Of a stretch of 64,000 nt of DNA, positions 1-9,647 are shown piece after piece; position 1 is the stretch's first letter; each line of letters opens with the position of its first letter. Source of the stretch: an uncultured Actinomycetes bacterium (GTDB lineage Bacteria > Actinomycetota > Thermoleophilia > UBA2241); NCBI GenBank assembly GCA_963709345.1, contig CAVPVX010000001.1, forward strand, positions 64,001-128,000, read 5' to 3'. The notes beneath the pieces are model-generated. The model did no database searches and was not told where the DNA came from. It saw only the letters and a program-made list of their open reading frames with translations. A program made the translations under genes and the position numbers.

Positions 1-552
1 TACGTCGCCTACCACGATGACGAGTGGGGCCGGCCGTCGCTCGAAGACGACCGGCTGTTCGAACGTCTCACGCTCGAGGCGTTCCAATCGGGTCTCTCGT
101 GGCTCACGATCCTGCGCAAGCGGCCGGCGTTCCGGGCCGTGTTCGCCGGATTCGACATCGCCGCCGTCGCAGCGTTCGGCGACGCCGACCGCGAGCGCCT
201 CATGGCCGACGCCGGCATCGTGCGCAACCGGCTGAAGATCGAGGCGGCGGTCGCCAACGCCCGCGCCGCCCTGCCCGTGATCGAAGAGCACGGGTCACTG
301 GCGGCGTACTTCTGGCGCTTTCGGCCGGAGGCTCACGAGGCGCCGCGCTCGCGGGCCGACTTCGTCGCCGCGAGCCCGGAAGGCGCCGCGCTCGCCAAGG
401 ATCTGAAGAAGCGCGGCTTCCGCTTCGTCGGCCCGACGACCGCCTACTCGCTCATGCAGGCGGCCGGCATCGTGAACGACCACGCCGCGGGCTGCTGCGT
501 CCACGACGAGGTCGCGACCGAACAGATGAAGGCGGCGGCGCGCTTCGCCTGA
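1..552 (+). CDS. tag: DNA-3-methyladenine glycosylase I (5' truncated by window edge)
   Basis: Frame 1 reads YVAYHDDEWG..LFERLTLEAFQSGLSWLTILRKR..GIVRNRLKI..LKKRGFRFVGPTT..GIVNDH..C, the TagI motifs. Confidence 0.95.
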   Translation, partial: YVAYHDDEWGRPSLEDDRLFERLTLEAFQSGLSWLTILRKRPAFRAVFAGFDIAAVAAFGDADRERLMADAGIVRNRLKIEAAVANARAALPVIEEHGSLAAYFWRFRPEAHEAPRSRADFVAASPEGAALAKDLKKRGFRFVGPTTAYSLMQAAGIVNDHAAGCCVHDEVATEQMKAAARFA

Positions 553-577
553 GGCCGCACTCGCGGCGCACGCCCCA

Positions 578-1573
578 CTACGCGCCCGCGTCCTGGTCCC
601 CCGAGTCGCCGTGCACCCAGACGGTCTGCTGCGGGAAGGGGATGACGATGCCGGTCTCGTCGAAGGCCTCCTTGAGGCGCGCGCGCAGCGCGCGCCCGAC
701 CATCCACTGCTCGCCCGGCTGCGTCTTGACGGCGAGACGCAGCACGATCGCGCTGGGTCCGAACTGCTCGACGCCCCAGAGCTCGGGCTCCTCGATGATC
801 GTCGCACCGGGCGCCTGCGCCCGCCACTCCTCGTCGGCGACGCGCTTGATCACCTCGGACGCGTGGGCGATGTCGGTGTCGTAGGCGACCTCGACGTCGA
901 GCACGATGCGCGACCAGAGCTGCGACTTGTTGCCGACGCGGCGTACCTCGCCGTTGGGGACATACCAGACGGTCCCGTCGACGTCGCGCAGGATCGTGAC
1001 CCGCAGCGTCACCTTCTCGACCGTGCCCGTCGCCTCGCCGACATCGATGACGTCGCCCACGCCGAACTGATCCTCCATGAGCATGAAGGCGCCGCTGAGA
1101 AAGTCCTTGACGAGACTCTGGGCGCCGAAGCCGAGCGCCACGCCGGCGATGCCGGCCCCGGCGATCAGCGGCCCGATGTTGACACCGAGCTCCGCCAGCA
1201 CCATGAGCGTCGCCAGCGTGTAGATGATGATCGTCGACGCATACCTCAGCAGCGAGCCCAAGGTGCGCGCCCGCTGCTCGGCGCGCCTCGCGTCGACCAC
1301 CCTCGCGTGGCGGCGTTCGGCGAGATCCTCCTCCGGCGCGACGGACACGCCGGCCGGCGACTCGTCACCCAAGGCGCGCTCGCGCCGCGACTCATGGGTA
1401 CGGGCGATCCGCTCGACCACGCGACGGATGGCCCGCCGCACGACGAAGTTGAGCACCACCGCGGCGAGGACGATGCCCGCTGCCGTGACCAGGTTGCCCG
1501 CGTTGTCCCCGAACCAGTCGGCGATCGGATCGAGTGTCGAGGCCGCGACCGCGTGTGCGCCGAATGCGATCAT
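578..1573 (-). CDS. MscS-family small-conductance mechanosensitive channel
   Basis: AGAGIAGVALGFGAQSLVKDFLSG, DQFGVGDVI, GTVEKVTLRVT, YVPNGEV, IPFPQ motifs. Confidence 0.93.
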   Translation of the reverse strand: MIAFGAHAVAASTLDPIADWFGDNAGNLVTAAGIVLAAVVLNFVVRRAIRRVVERIARTHESRRERALGDESPAGVSVAPEEDLAERRHARVVDARRAEQRARTLGSLLRYASTIIIYTLATLMVLAELGVNIGPLIAGAGIAGVALGFGAQSLVKDFLSGAFMLMEDQFGVGDVIDVGEATGTVEKVTLRVTILRDVDGTVWYVPNGEVRRVGNKSQLWSRIVLDVEVAYDTDIAHASEVIKRVADEEWRAQAPGATIIEEPELWGVEQFGPSAIVLRLAVKTQPGEQWMVGRALRARLKEAFDETGIVIPFPQQTVWVHGDSGDQDAGA

Positions 1574-1735
1574 GGACGGAGTCTACCAGAGGCCCTCCGG
1601 CGCGCAGACTGAGGGCGCGGGTGCGCTTGGAACTTGGCGCGCCGGACGATACGCTGTCGTCTCGCAAGGCCCGAGTCGCAACGGCCGGATCGCGCCGGGC
1701 CCTACGCTCCCTGTGGAACTCGAAGGAGAACGGCA

Positions 1736-3070
1736 ATGGGCGCAACAGAGTGGACCATCGTGATCCTCGTCGTCGGCGCTCGCCTGTTCCTCCCGTTCAC
1801 CATCCCGACCTTTCCCCTGATCGGCGCCGTAGCGTGCCTCATCCTCGACGCCATCGACCAGAGCATCTTCCAGCAGTTCCCGGCCATCCCGCTCGAGGGC
1901 TACCAGTCGTACGACAAGTCACTCGACATCTACTACCTGGCGATCATCTACCTGGCGACGATGCGCAACTGGACCAACCCGTACGCGTTCAGGATGAGCT
2001 GGTTCCTGTACTACTACCGTCTCATCGGCGTGGTGGCGTTCGAGCTCACGCAGGTGCGGGCCATCCTGTTCATCTTCCCGAACACCTTCGAGTACTTCTA
2101 CCTCTTCGTCGAGGCTGTACGCCTGCGCTGGAACTGGGTACGCATGGGCCTCTGGACCGTTGTCGTCTCCACGGCGCTCATCTGGGTGTTCATCAAGCTG
2201 CCGCAGGAGTGGTGGATCCACATCGCCCAGCTCGACATGACCGACTTCATCAAGGAGACGCTGTTCGGGGTGACCGCCGACACCGGCTGGGCGGACGCGA
2301 TCGCCAACCGGCCGTGGGTGCTGATCGTCGCCGTCGCCGTCTTCGCCGCCATCGGCTACGTCGGTTATTGGATCGTCACCCGCAAGGCGCCGCCCGGCGA
2401 TCGCCGCTTCAACCTCAGGGCCGACCCGCTGCCGCCGGAGTGCCGAGGCGCCGAGCTGTACCGCACGGCCAAGGCGACGGAGAGGATCTTCGACCTGGCG
2501 CTGCTGGAGAAGATCGTGCTCACGGGTCTGATCAGCGTGATCTTCGCCCTGATGCTGGAGGTCGAGAGCTTCGGCCTGCTCTTCGTCGCCGCCTTCGTGA
2601 TCGTGAACGCCATCGTCAGCCAGTGGCTCGCGCGCCGCGGCCGCGGCTGGCGCTCGGTCGTCACCGAGCTCGTCGGGATGCTTGTCGTCAACTACGGGAT
2701 CGTCGTAGGGCTGCTGGTGCTCGAAGTGGTGTTCGGCCTCATCGATGTGCGCACGCCGCGGGGCACGACGCTCTTCTTCGCCTTCCTGTTCACGGTGCTG
2801 ACCGTCCTCTTCGACCGCTATCGCACGGTGTTCACCGCGCGCCGCGTGCTCGAGAAGGCGGCGGCCGACGGGAGCCCCCGCCGCCCTCCAGGAGTAGTGC
2901 CACGGGCGCGTTCGACCAGGTCGTCGAGTACGTCCTGCACCTGGACGCACACCTCGCCGAGCTCGCCGAGCAGCTCGGCGTGTGGGCCTACGCCGCCATC
3001 GCGACGACGATCTTCGCCGAGACCGGATTCGTCGTCACCCCGTTTCTGCCGGGGGAGTCGCTGCTCCTGA
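1736..3070 (+). CDS. Multi-pass membrane protein of unknown function (3' end uncertain; probably ends near 2897)
   Basis: AAGGAG RBS before ATG 1736; many TM segments; YQSYDKSLDIYY motif; the tail after ~2870 looks off-frame and overlaps the DedA frame. Confidence 0.75.
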   Translation: MGATEWTIVILVVGARLFLPFTIPTFPLIGAVACLILDAIDQSIFQQFPAIPLEGYQSYDKSLDIYYLAIIYLATMRNWTNPYAFRMSWFLYYYRLIGVVAFELTQVRAILFIFPNTFEYFYLFVEAVRLRWNWVRMGLWTVVVSTALIWVFIKLPQEWWIHIAQLDMTDFIKETLFGVTADTGWADAIANRPWVLIVAVAVFAAIGYVGYWIVTRKAPPGDRRFNLRADPLPPECRGAELYRTAKATERIFDLALLEKIVLTGLISVIFALMLEVESFGLLFVAAFVIVNAIVSQWLARRGRGWRSVVTELVGMLVVNYGIVVGLLVLEVVFGLIDVRTPRGTTLFFAFLFTVLTVLFDRYRTVFTARRVLEKAAADGSPRRPPGVVPRARSTRSSSTSCTWTHTSPSSPSSSACGPTPPSRRRSSPRPDSSSPRFCRGSRCS

Positions 3071-3555
3071 CGAGCGGCACACTGGCCGGCGCGGGGATCC
3101 TCGAGATCCTCGTCCTGGCGCCGCTCCTCTTCACGGCGGCCTTTCTCGGCGACGTCTGCAACTACCTCATCGGCCGGTTCGTCGGCCGCCGCATCCTGAG
3201 CAAGCCGCGCAAGCGCATCCGCCCCGAACACGTGGCGAAGGCGCACGAGTTCTACGAGCGGCACGGCGGCATGGCGATCGTGCTGGCGAGGTTCCTGCCC
3301 GTCGTGCGCACGCTGGCGCCGTTCGTCGCCGGCGTCGCCCAGATGGAGTTCCACCGACTGCTCCTCTTCGCCGCGGTCGCGTCGGCGCTCTGGGTCACCA
3401 TCTTCATGGGAGCCGGCTACTGGTTCGGCACGGCCGCGTGGGTCCAGGACTACCTCGCGATCGCCCTGGCGGTCATCGCCGCGGCGTCGACGCTGCCCGG
3501 CTTGATCATCTGGGCGGTGCACCGCATCCGCCGCTCGCGAGGCACGCCGGAGTGA
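2897..3555 (+). CDS. DedA/VTT-family membrane protein (start unclear, probable indel)
   Basis: VLHLDAHLAEL..IFAETGFVVTPFLPGESLL..GDVCNYLIGR..FYERHGG..ARFLPVVRTLAPFVAG; no in-frame start near 2911. Confidence 0.85.
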
Positions 3556-3715
3556 GGCGGCCGGCGCGCGTCCGAGCCCGGCGCCGGCCTCGGACGCCAC
3601 GGGCCTATTCACCGCGTGTTGCCTTTCTTGTAGGCTTGCGGCGAGGGGCAGCCGGGCGGGCCGTGAGTCCTCGTCGGCAGCGGGCCCGGGGGACGTCCAG
3701 CAAAGGAGTGGTTTT

Positions 3716-5257
3716 GTGAAGGTCAAGCGAGCCCTGATCTCGGTGTTCAACAAGAGCGGAGTAGAGTCGTTCGCCAAGGGCCTCACGAGCATGGGGGTCA
3801 CCGTGATCTCCACAGGCGGGACCGCCAAGCTCCTGAGGGACTCCGGCATACCCGTCACCCTCGTCGAAGAGGTCACCGGCTTCCCGGAGATGCTCGACGG
3901 CCGCGTCAAGACCATGCACCCCAAGCTCATGGCCGGCGTCCTGGCGCGCCGCGACGTGCCCGAGCACATGGAGACCATCGCCGAGCACGGCATCGAGCCC
4001 ATCGACATGGTCGTCTGCAGCCTCTACCCGTTCGAGGAGGTCGCGGGCAGGCGCGGCGTCGAGGACGAGGTCGTGATCGAGAACATCGACATCGGCGGGC
4101 CGAGCATGATCCGCGCCGCCGCCAAGAACCACGCCGGCGTCGCCGTCGTCACGAGCCACGACGACTACGACGATCTGCTCGAGGAGTTGCGCGAGTCCGG
4201 CGGCGAGCTCAGCCACACCACCCTCCGCGACCTTGCCACCAAGGCCTTCCACCGCACCGCGCACTACGACTTCGTCATCGCCAACTGGTTCAGCGAGGCG
4301 GAGGGCGACTTCCCCGACTACGTGATGCGCGACTACGAGAAGGTCCTCGAGCTCAAGTACGGCGAGAACCCGCACCAGCGCGCCGCCTACTACTCCGAGG
4401 TCGGCCTGCGCCAGCACCTGCTCTCGCAGGTGACCCAGCTGCACGGCAAGCAACTCGGCTTCAACAACCTCTACGACCTCAACGCCGCGCGCGCCATCTG
4501 CGACGAGTTCACGCTGCCGTGCGTCACCCTCATCAAGCACAACAACCCCTGCGGGTGCGCCCTCGCCGAGAACCTGGCGGCCGCCTACGACAAGGCGTTC
4601 GAGTGCGATCCCGTCAGCGCGTTCGGCAGCGTGATCGCCGTCAACCGCATCGTCGACGTCGCTCTGGCCGAGCGCCTCAGCGAGCTGTTCGTCGAGGTCC
4701 TCTTCGCGCCCGGCTACAAAGACGAGGCGCTGGAGATCCTCTCGCGCAAGGCCGACATCCGCATCCTCCGCAACGAGGAGCGCCGGCAGATCAACCCCGG
4801 CGAGTTCGACTACAAACGCGTCACCGGCGGCATCCTGGTCCAGGACAGGGACGGCGACATCGAGGAACGCGACGAGATGACGGTGGCCACCAAGCGCCAC
4901 CCCAGCGAGCAGGAGTGGGGCGACCTCATCTTCGCCTTCCGGGTCGCCAAGCACGTCAAGAGCAACGCCATCGTGATCGCGCGCAACCTTGCGACGCTCG
5001 GCGTAGGCGCCGGCCAGATGAGCCGCGTCGACAGCACCAAGGTCGCCATCGAGAAGGCGCGCGGCGACCTCGCGGGCGCGGTCGTCGGCTCCGACGCCTT
5101 CTTCCCGTTCCCCGACGCCGTCGACCTCGCGATCGACAGCGGCGTCACGGCGTTCATGCAGCCCGGCGGCTCCAAGGGTGACGTGACCGCCGCGGAGGCG
5201 TGCGACAAGCGCGGCGCCGCCATGGTCTTCACCGGCCGGCGCCACTTCCTGCACTGA
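3716..5257 (+). CDS. purH: Bifunctional AICAR formyltransferase/IMP cyclohydrolase
   Basis: [79 protein letters not shown]. Confidence 0.98.
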   Translation: MKVKRALISVFNKSGVESFAKGLTSMGVTVISTGGTAKLLRDSGIPVTLVEEVTGFPEMLDGRVKTMHPKLMAGVLARRDVPEHMETIAEHGIEPIDMVVCSLYPFEEVAGRRGVEDEVVIENIDIGGPSMIRAAAKNHAGVAVVTSHDDYDDLLEELRESGGELSHTTLRDLATKAFHRTAHYDFVIANWFSEAEGDFPDYVMRDYEKVLELKYGENPHQRAAYYSEVGLRQHLLSQVTQLHGKQLGFNNLYDLNAARAICDEFTLPCVTLIKHNNPCGCALAENLAAAYDKAFECDPVSAFGSVIAVNRIVDVALAERLSELFVEVLFAPGYKDEALEILSRKADIRILRNEERRQINPGEFDYKRVTGGILVQDRDGDIEERDEMTVATKRHPSEQEWGDLIFAFRVAKHVKSNAIVIARNLATLGVGAGQMSRVDSTKVAIEKARGDLAGAVVGSDAFFPFPDAVDLAIDSGVTAFMQPGGSKGDVTAAEACDKRGAAMVFTGRRHFLH

Positions 5258-5267
5258 CGAGACGCGG

Positions 5268-5310
5268 GCGAAGGGGCGGGGCGGCCGGCAGAGCCGCCCC
5301 GCCCCTTCGT
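5268..5310 (+). terminator. Strong GC-rich hairpin after purH
   Basis: 18-bp inverted repeat GCGAAGGGGCGGGGCGGC / GCCGCCCCGCCCCTTCGT with a 7-nt loop. Confidence 0.65.
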
Positions 5311-5324
5311 CGTTCGGAGGCGCG

Positions 5325-6551
5325 ATGAGGGTCCTGAGCGAGATAGAGGAGCAGCCGGAGCTGACGGACGGCCGCGTCAGGCTGCGACCCTGGCGGGCCG
5401 AGGACGCCGCGGCCTGCGCCGCGATGTGCAACGATCCGGACGTCGCCCGGTTCATCCCCGTTCCCCGCCCCTACACCCTCACCGACGGCGAGGAGTGGGT
5501 GGGCGACGCGGCGCGCAAGTGGCGCGAGGACCGCTGGGCGCAGTTCGCGGTGATGGACACCGATTCAGGCGGACCGGCAGCATCCGGCGAGCCGGTCGCC
5601 TCCTGCGGCCTCAAGATCGATGCGGAGCGCGCCACGGGCGAGATCGGCTACCTCGTCCACCGCGACGCACGGCAACGCGGGATCGCCTCGGCCTGCATCC
5701 GCCTGCTCACGAGATGGGCCTTCGACGACCTCGGGCTCCAGCGCCTGCAGATTCGCGCCGACGTGCGCAACGCGGCCTCGCGACGGACGATCACCGCCGC
5801 GGGCTTCCGGCTCGAGGGCGTCCTGCGCGGCAACGACGTGATCGGCGGCGCCCGCGTCGACGACGCCCTCTTCTCGCTCCTCCCCGGCCACCGGCGGGCC
5901 GGGGACGTCGGGGGAGGCGGTGGCGCTTCCGGCGACGACGCGCCGCTCGACCTCGGCTGGCCGCGGCTGCCGGACGGCCGTCTGATCGTACGGCCCTTCG
6001 AGTCGGATGATGCCCCGGCCGTCCGGGCGGCCTGCGACGACCCGGAGGTGGCGCGCTGGATCCACCTGCTTCCGGCGCCCTACACGCCGTCCGACGCCGA
6101 GTGGTTCATCGCCGACGCCCGGCACCGGCTCCTGGCCGGCGACCGAGCCCGGCTGGCCGTCTGCGACGCGCCCACGGGCGAGCTCCTCGGCAGCGTGAGC
6201 CTCGATCTCTTCGCCGACCGGCAGGCCGCGGAGATGGGCTACTGGACCAAGCGCGAGGCGCGCCGCTCGGGCGTAGCACTGGCGGCGGCGCGCCTCGTCA
6301 TCGCCTGGGCGTTCGGCCCGCTCGGCCTCGAGCGCCTCGAACTCCTGACGTATCCGGGCAACGAGGCCTCGCAGGCCCTGGCCGACAGGCTTGGCTTCGC
6401 GCGCGAGGCGCTGCTCCGCGGCTTTCTCGCGCCCGAGCCGGGCAAGAGCCGTGACGGGCGGGTCGTGCCGTCGGCCGACGGCAGCCTCCCGCCCCGCGAC
6501 GACCAGGTGCAGTTCGCGCTGCTCCGCACCGACCTTCCGCCCTCCGGGTGA
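5325..6551 (+). CDS. Tandem (two-domain) RimJ/RimL-type GNAT acetyltransferase
   Basis: Two repeats of LRP..D..DP.VAR..P.PYT..D / E(I/M)GY..R..G.A / L.RL...N.AS...GF..E..LR. Confidence 0.88.
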   Translation: MRVLSEIEEQPELTDGRVRLRPWRAEDAAACAAMCNDPDVARFIPVPRPYTLTDGEEWVGDAARKWREDRWAQFAVMDTDSGGPAASGEPVASCGLKIDAERATGEIGYLVHRDARQRGIASACIRLLTRWAFDDLGLQRLQIRADVRNAASRRTITAAGFRLEGVLRGNDVIGGARVDDALFSLLPGHRRAGDVGGGGGASGDDAPLDLGWPRLPDGRLIVRPFESDDAPAVRAACDDPEVARWIHLLPAPYTPSDAEWFIADARHRLLAGDRARLAVCDAPTGELLGSVSLDLFADRQAAEMGYWTKREARRSGVALAAARLVIAWAFGPLGLERLELLTYPGNEASQALADRLGFAREALLRGFLAPEPGKSRDGRVVPSADGSLPPRDDQVQFALLRTDLPPSG

Positions 6552-6610
6552 GCAGTCTGGGGGCGGCCGCTGCCGGCCCCGACTGCCACACGTGACCGCC
6601 GCGCCCCGGG

Positions 6611-6619
6611 TGGTACAAT
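6611..6619 (+). promoter_or_regulatory. Extended -10 promoter of tRNA-Lys
   Basis: TGGTACAAT ending 9 nt before the tRNA 5' end. Confidence 0.55.
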
Positions 6620-6628
6620 CCGTCTCCC

Positions 6629-6704
6629 GGGCCGCTAGCTCAGTTGGTAGAGCAGGGGACTTTTAATCCCAAGGTCGTTGGTTCGATCCCAACGCGGCCC
6701 ACCA
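6629..6704 (+). tRNA. tRNA-Lys (TTT)
   Basis: GGGCCGC/GCGGCCC acceptor stem, AGCTCAGTTGGTAGAGC D arm, CT-TTT-AA loop, GGTTCGATCC T loop, encoded CCA. Confidence 0.97.
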
Positions 6705-6765
6705 GGCATTGCCCACCAGGAATCCCTGGTCGGCATGGCGACTTCGACACATGACTCGACGACCC

Positions 6766-7680
6766 TCAGTGGCGCCACGGCCCGCCCGGCGGCCACTCCT
6801 CCACGAACCCGTCCCCCCGCGCAAGCGCCTGCCACGGCTCGAGGAGAAAGGCGCGGAGGCGGTCGACGGCGTTGGCCAACCCAACGGCTTCAAGCCGGTT
6901 CCGCCGCAGGAATCCGCCCCACCGCTGGAGCATGACCTCGTCGGCTGCGAACGCCGCGGTGAGCGGCGCGGGCAGCTGAACACCTATCGTTCGCCCGCGC
7001 CGCTCGAACGTCAGCCGCACGGCCTCCGTGAGGCTCCGGCCGTCGAAGGCCAGCCTCGCCGCCAGGGCCTGCACGTCATAGATGTCCTTCATGCGGCTGT
7101 TCAGCATGCCGTGCTGCGCCAGCGCGTGGAGCTTCTCCGCCACGACGGCCTCCACCGGATAGGCGCGGAGGCGCGGCGCCGGGAAATCGAGCAGCGTGGG
7201 CATCGTGATCTCAGTATCCCAAGCCGCGAGCGCGTCACCGAAGCCGACGTCGATCTGCACGGTGTACCTTGCAGTGCCAAGCTTCGCCGCAAGACGGACT
7301 CGCTTGCCTTGGTACGCTTGCCCATTTCGGATGTCGCTCACGGCCACGCTGACCGGATCGAAGACCATCCCGTCATCCGGCACCGGAATGCGGCACACGT
7401 CCGCGAACACGCCGCTCAGCCTCTCGGCCGAGTCCTCACCGAAGCCCAGCAGATCGACGTCACGCGTAGCGCGATGCGGGTCTTCTTCCCACACCGCGAA
7501 GAGCGTCGCCCCCTTGAGCATGAACGACGAAGCATGCGGAGAGACCGAGAGCCGATAGAGGAACCGTTCAAGCGCGTATCGGAGGAAGAGGTCGTTGGGA
7601 TCCGCGCCGCTCGCGTGAACTCGGGCGAGAAGCCGATGGTGCACTGAAGCAGCTACATTCGTGATTGCTCGCCCGCTCAC
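6766..7680 (-). CDS. AbiEii/AbiGii-family nucleotidyltransferase toxin (type IV TA)
   Basis: ERFLYRLS..FMLKGATL..RATRDVDLL..QIDVGFGD..Y..E.VVAEKLHA..NSRMKDIYD; GTG 7680 overlaps the antitoxin stop. Confidence 0.92.
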   Translation of the reverse strand: MSGRAITNVAASVHHRLLARVHASGADPNDLFLRYALERFLYRLSVSPHASSFMLKGATLFAVWEEDPHRATRDVDLLGFGEDSAERLSGVFADVCRIPVPDDGMVFDPVSVAVSDIRNGQAYQGKRVRLAAKLGTARYTVQIDVGFGDALAAWDTEITMPTLLDFPAPRLRAYPVEAVVAEKLHALAQHGMLNSRMKDIYDVQALAARLAFDGRSLTEAVRLTFERRGRTIGVQLPAPLTAAFAADEVMLQRWGGFLRRNRLEAVGLANAVDRLRAFLLEPWQALARGDGFVEEWPPGGPWRH

Positions 7681-8285
7681 GCGAGCACCTCGATGTACGG
7701 CCGGATGACGGACCCGATGCGGCATGCCCGCGCCAGTTCCCACAGTTCGTCGGGCGAGCTCTTGCCCTGTTCCAGACAGTCGCGCAGCGCCTCGACGGCG
7801 ACGTCCATCCCGACGAGATTGCGGTAGCGAAAGCAGTCGATGACCGTCTTGGCCGCCGAGTAGACGCGCACGTGCACGCCCTCGAGTTCGTGCGCCTCGA
7901 TGCCCAGTTCGAGAGCGGTCCCCGAGAAGCGCATGATGCGGACCTGTACAGCCGGGGCTCTTGGAGACGCGGCGCGGCGATCGATCGCCATCCAGACCTC
8001 GAAGGGAAGCTGTGTCGTCAGCCCGTGGAACGAGAGGGCGCTGAGAAGACAGACGACGCCATTGGGCACCACCATCGTGGCAAGCACGAGACCGTGATGC
8101 TCGGTCACCGTGACCTCGGCGGCGCGATAGAGGCCACGGCCGACGCGCTCCAACTCGCCCCGCCGCACAAGGCGGTACACGGTCTCTGGATGTATGCCGC
8201 GTGAACGAGCGTCCGCGAGGCGGAAGGCGCCCATCTCCGCGCTCAGTCGCAGCAGGTGGTCAGCTTCGGTGTCCGAGTGGCTCAT
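7677..8285 (-). CDS. AbiEi-family antitoxin/transcriptional regulator (type IV TA)
   Basis: N-terminal wHTH (GELERVGRGLY), GVVCLLSALSFHGLTTQLP, VYSAAKTVIDCFRYRN. Confidence 0.92.
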   Translation of the reverse strand: MSHSDTEADHLLRLSAEMGAFRLADARSRGIHPETVYRLVRRGELERVGRGLYRAAEVTVTEHHGLVLATMVVPNGVVCLLSALSFHGLTTQLPFEVWMAIDRRAASPRAPAVQVRIMRFSGTALELGIEAHELEGVHVRVYSAAKTVIDCFRYRNLVGMDVAVEALRDCLEQGKSSPDELWELARACRIGSVIRPYIEVLA

Positions 8286-8286
8286 G

Positions 8287-8330
8287 TGTACAAGTATTGA
8301 CGCTTACGCGTACCTGTCAAGCTTTTTACA
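8287..8330 (-). promoter_or_regulatory. abiE promoter with imperfect inverted repeat (probable autoregulatory operator)
   Basis: TGTACAAGTATTGAC..GTCAAGCTTTTTACA (11/15 symmetric); minus strand TTGACA-N16-AATACT ending 7 nt before the ATG. Confidence 0.6.
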
Positions 8331-8400
8331 CGCCGGCCGGCGCCACGGCCCGGCGCCACCACGAGGAACAGCCTGGCCGGGCGCGCAGTCAAGCCTCACC

Positions 8401-8440
8401 ATCCCAAGCTCGCCGGCTCGGTCCAAACGCGGCCCACCAG
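8401..8440 (+). repeat. Degenerate copy of the tRNA-Lys 3' half (attR-like)
   Basis: ATCCCAAGCTCGCCGGCTCGGTCCAAACGCGGCCCACCAG matches 6666-6705 at 34/40 positions without gaps. Confidence 0.85.
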
Positions 8441-8568
8441 TATGGTCGCACTATCTGGGTGACAGTGGACAATCCGGCGCCGCGCGGATCGCCTCAGGCC
8501 CCGGCTGAGGTCGTACACTAGCCTCAGGCGCAGGTTAGGTACCAGGTCGCCGCCGGCCAAGGAGAGTC

Positions 8569-9438
8569 GTGTTGACCCGGGTGTCGTTCAAGACGAGCGC
8601 GGTCGTGGGATGGGTCGTCATCGCCGTGACGATCGTCGTCTGCGCCGTCATCGCGATCGTCGTGCACGCCATACTCCCCGAGAAGGTCGACGAAGCCCTG
8701 CTCGACGGCGCTCTGGTGCTCCGCTTCGGCTTCCCGGTGGTCGCCGTTGCCTACTTCCTCCTCCTCTTCGCGCAGTGCTCCGTGAGCGTCGCCGTCGCAT
8801 CGCCCACGGCGCGGACCCGCCCTCTCCGCCACGGGCTGGCGCTCGGGCTGGTCTTCGCCGTGCTGTACATGATCGGGATGCAGGAGATCATGGTGGACAC
8901 GAGCCCGTTCGCGGCGTGGGGCTCGGCCTACGTTACCTATCAAGCGATCATCGGCCTCGGTGACGCGATCCCCGTCATCATCCTGTGCGCGGTGGTCGGC
9001 GCCCTGCTGGCCGGCGGACGCACGCTCGCCGGGGGCGGGCAGCGACACGGTCTCGTCGCGCTGCTGGTGATGACGCTGACCGTCGGGACGGTCAGGTGGG
9101 TGGTGAGCGCCCTGGGCGTCATCCAGAGCGGCATCGCCGAGTACCCGGTCGCGGTCGTGGCGTGGGGCTACCTGCTCGGACTCGGCTTCGGCATCGGCTA
9201 CATCCTGCTCACGAGGACCAACACGGCCGGCAGGGCCGTGATGCTCTACGGCGTGGGGCTGAACTGGCTCATCTTCAACTCGTTCATCGGCCTGGTCTTT
9301 GCCGGCATGATGGGCGACGCTCTGCTCAGGGGCGCACTGGACGTCGCCGCCGTGGGGCTGGCCATGGGGCTGATCGCGCGGGTGACGGCGTCCGGCCTCC
9401 CAGCCGTTGACGCAGCTGAGCGAGCGGGGGATCACTGA
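8569..9438 (+). CDS. Polytopic membrane protein of unknown function
   Basis: AAGGAG RBS; about 8 hydrophobic segments. Confidence 0.7.
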   Translation: MLTRVSFKTSAVVGWVVIAVTIVVCAVIAIVVHAILPEKVDEALLDGALVLRFGFPVVAVAYFLLLFAQCSVSVAVASPTARTRPLRHGLALGLVFAVLYMIGMQEIMVDTSPFAAWGSAYVTYQAIIGLGDAIPVIILCAVVGALLAGGRTLAGGGQRHGLVALLVMTLTVGTVRWVVSALGVIQSGIAEYPVAVVAWGYLLGLGFGIGYILLTRTNTAGRAVMLYGVGLNWLIFNSFIGLVFAGMMGDALLRGALDVAAVGLAMGLIARVTASGLPAVDAAERAGDH

Positions 9439-9571
9439 TTCCTGGAAGCGCGCGATCTGCGTTCGCGGTGCCGGCGATCGCAGCCGGCGCGGCAGACAGC
9501 ATGCCGTCGCTGCGCGACCGCGGCAGCGGCCTCGCGCGGCGCGGGGTATAATCCCCCGGCTGTATCCGCGT

Positions 9572-9647
9572 GCCCCCATCGTCTAGCGGCCTAGGACACC
9601 GGCCTTTCAAGCCGGCGGCACGGATTCGAATTCCGTTGGGGGCACCA
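9572..9647 (+). tRNA. tRNA-Glu (TTC)
   Basis: GCCCCCA/TGGGGGC acceptor, CCGGC-CT-TTC-AA-GCCGG anticodon arm, CCA end; TATAAT at 9547-9552 upstream. Confidence 0.96.

Larger units (their letters stand above)
6705..8440. mobile_element. Remnant mini-island at tRNA-Lys carrying only an AbiE TA pair
   Basis: Bounded by the tRNA-Lys 3' half and its degenerate direct copy at 8401-8440; no integrase inside. Confidence 0.6.

Noticed and set aside
3560-3715. ZMP/ZTP (pfl) riboswitch expected upstream of purH
   Set aside because: The characteristic GACTGGCG..GTGG..CCAC..GGG..CGCCTGGG elements are not recognisable
6655-6671. G27-A43 mismatch in the tRNA-Lys anticodon stem as a sign of pseudogenisation
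   Set aside because: A single terminal mismatch is tolerated; all other arms, the CCA end and the promoter are intact
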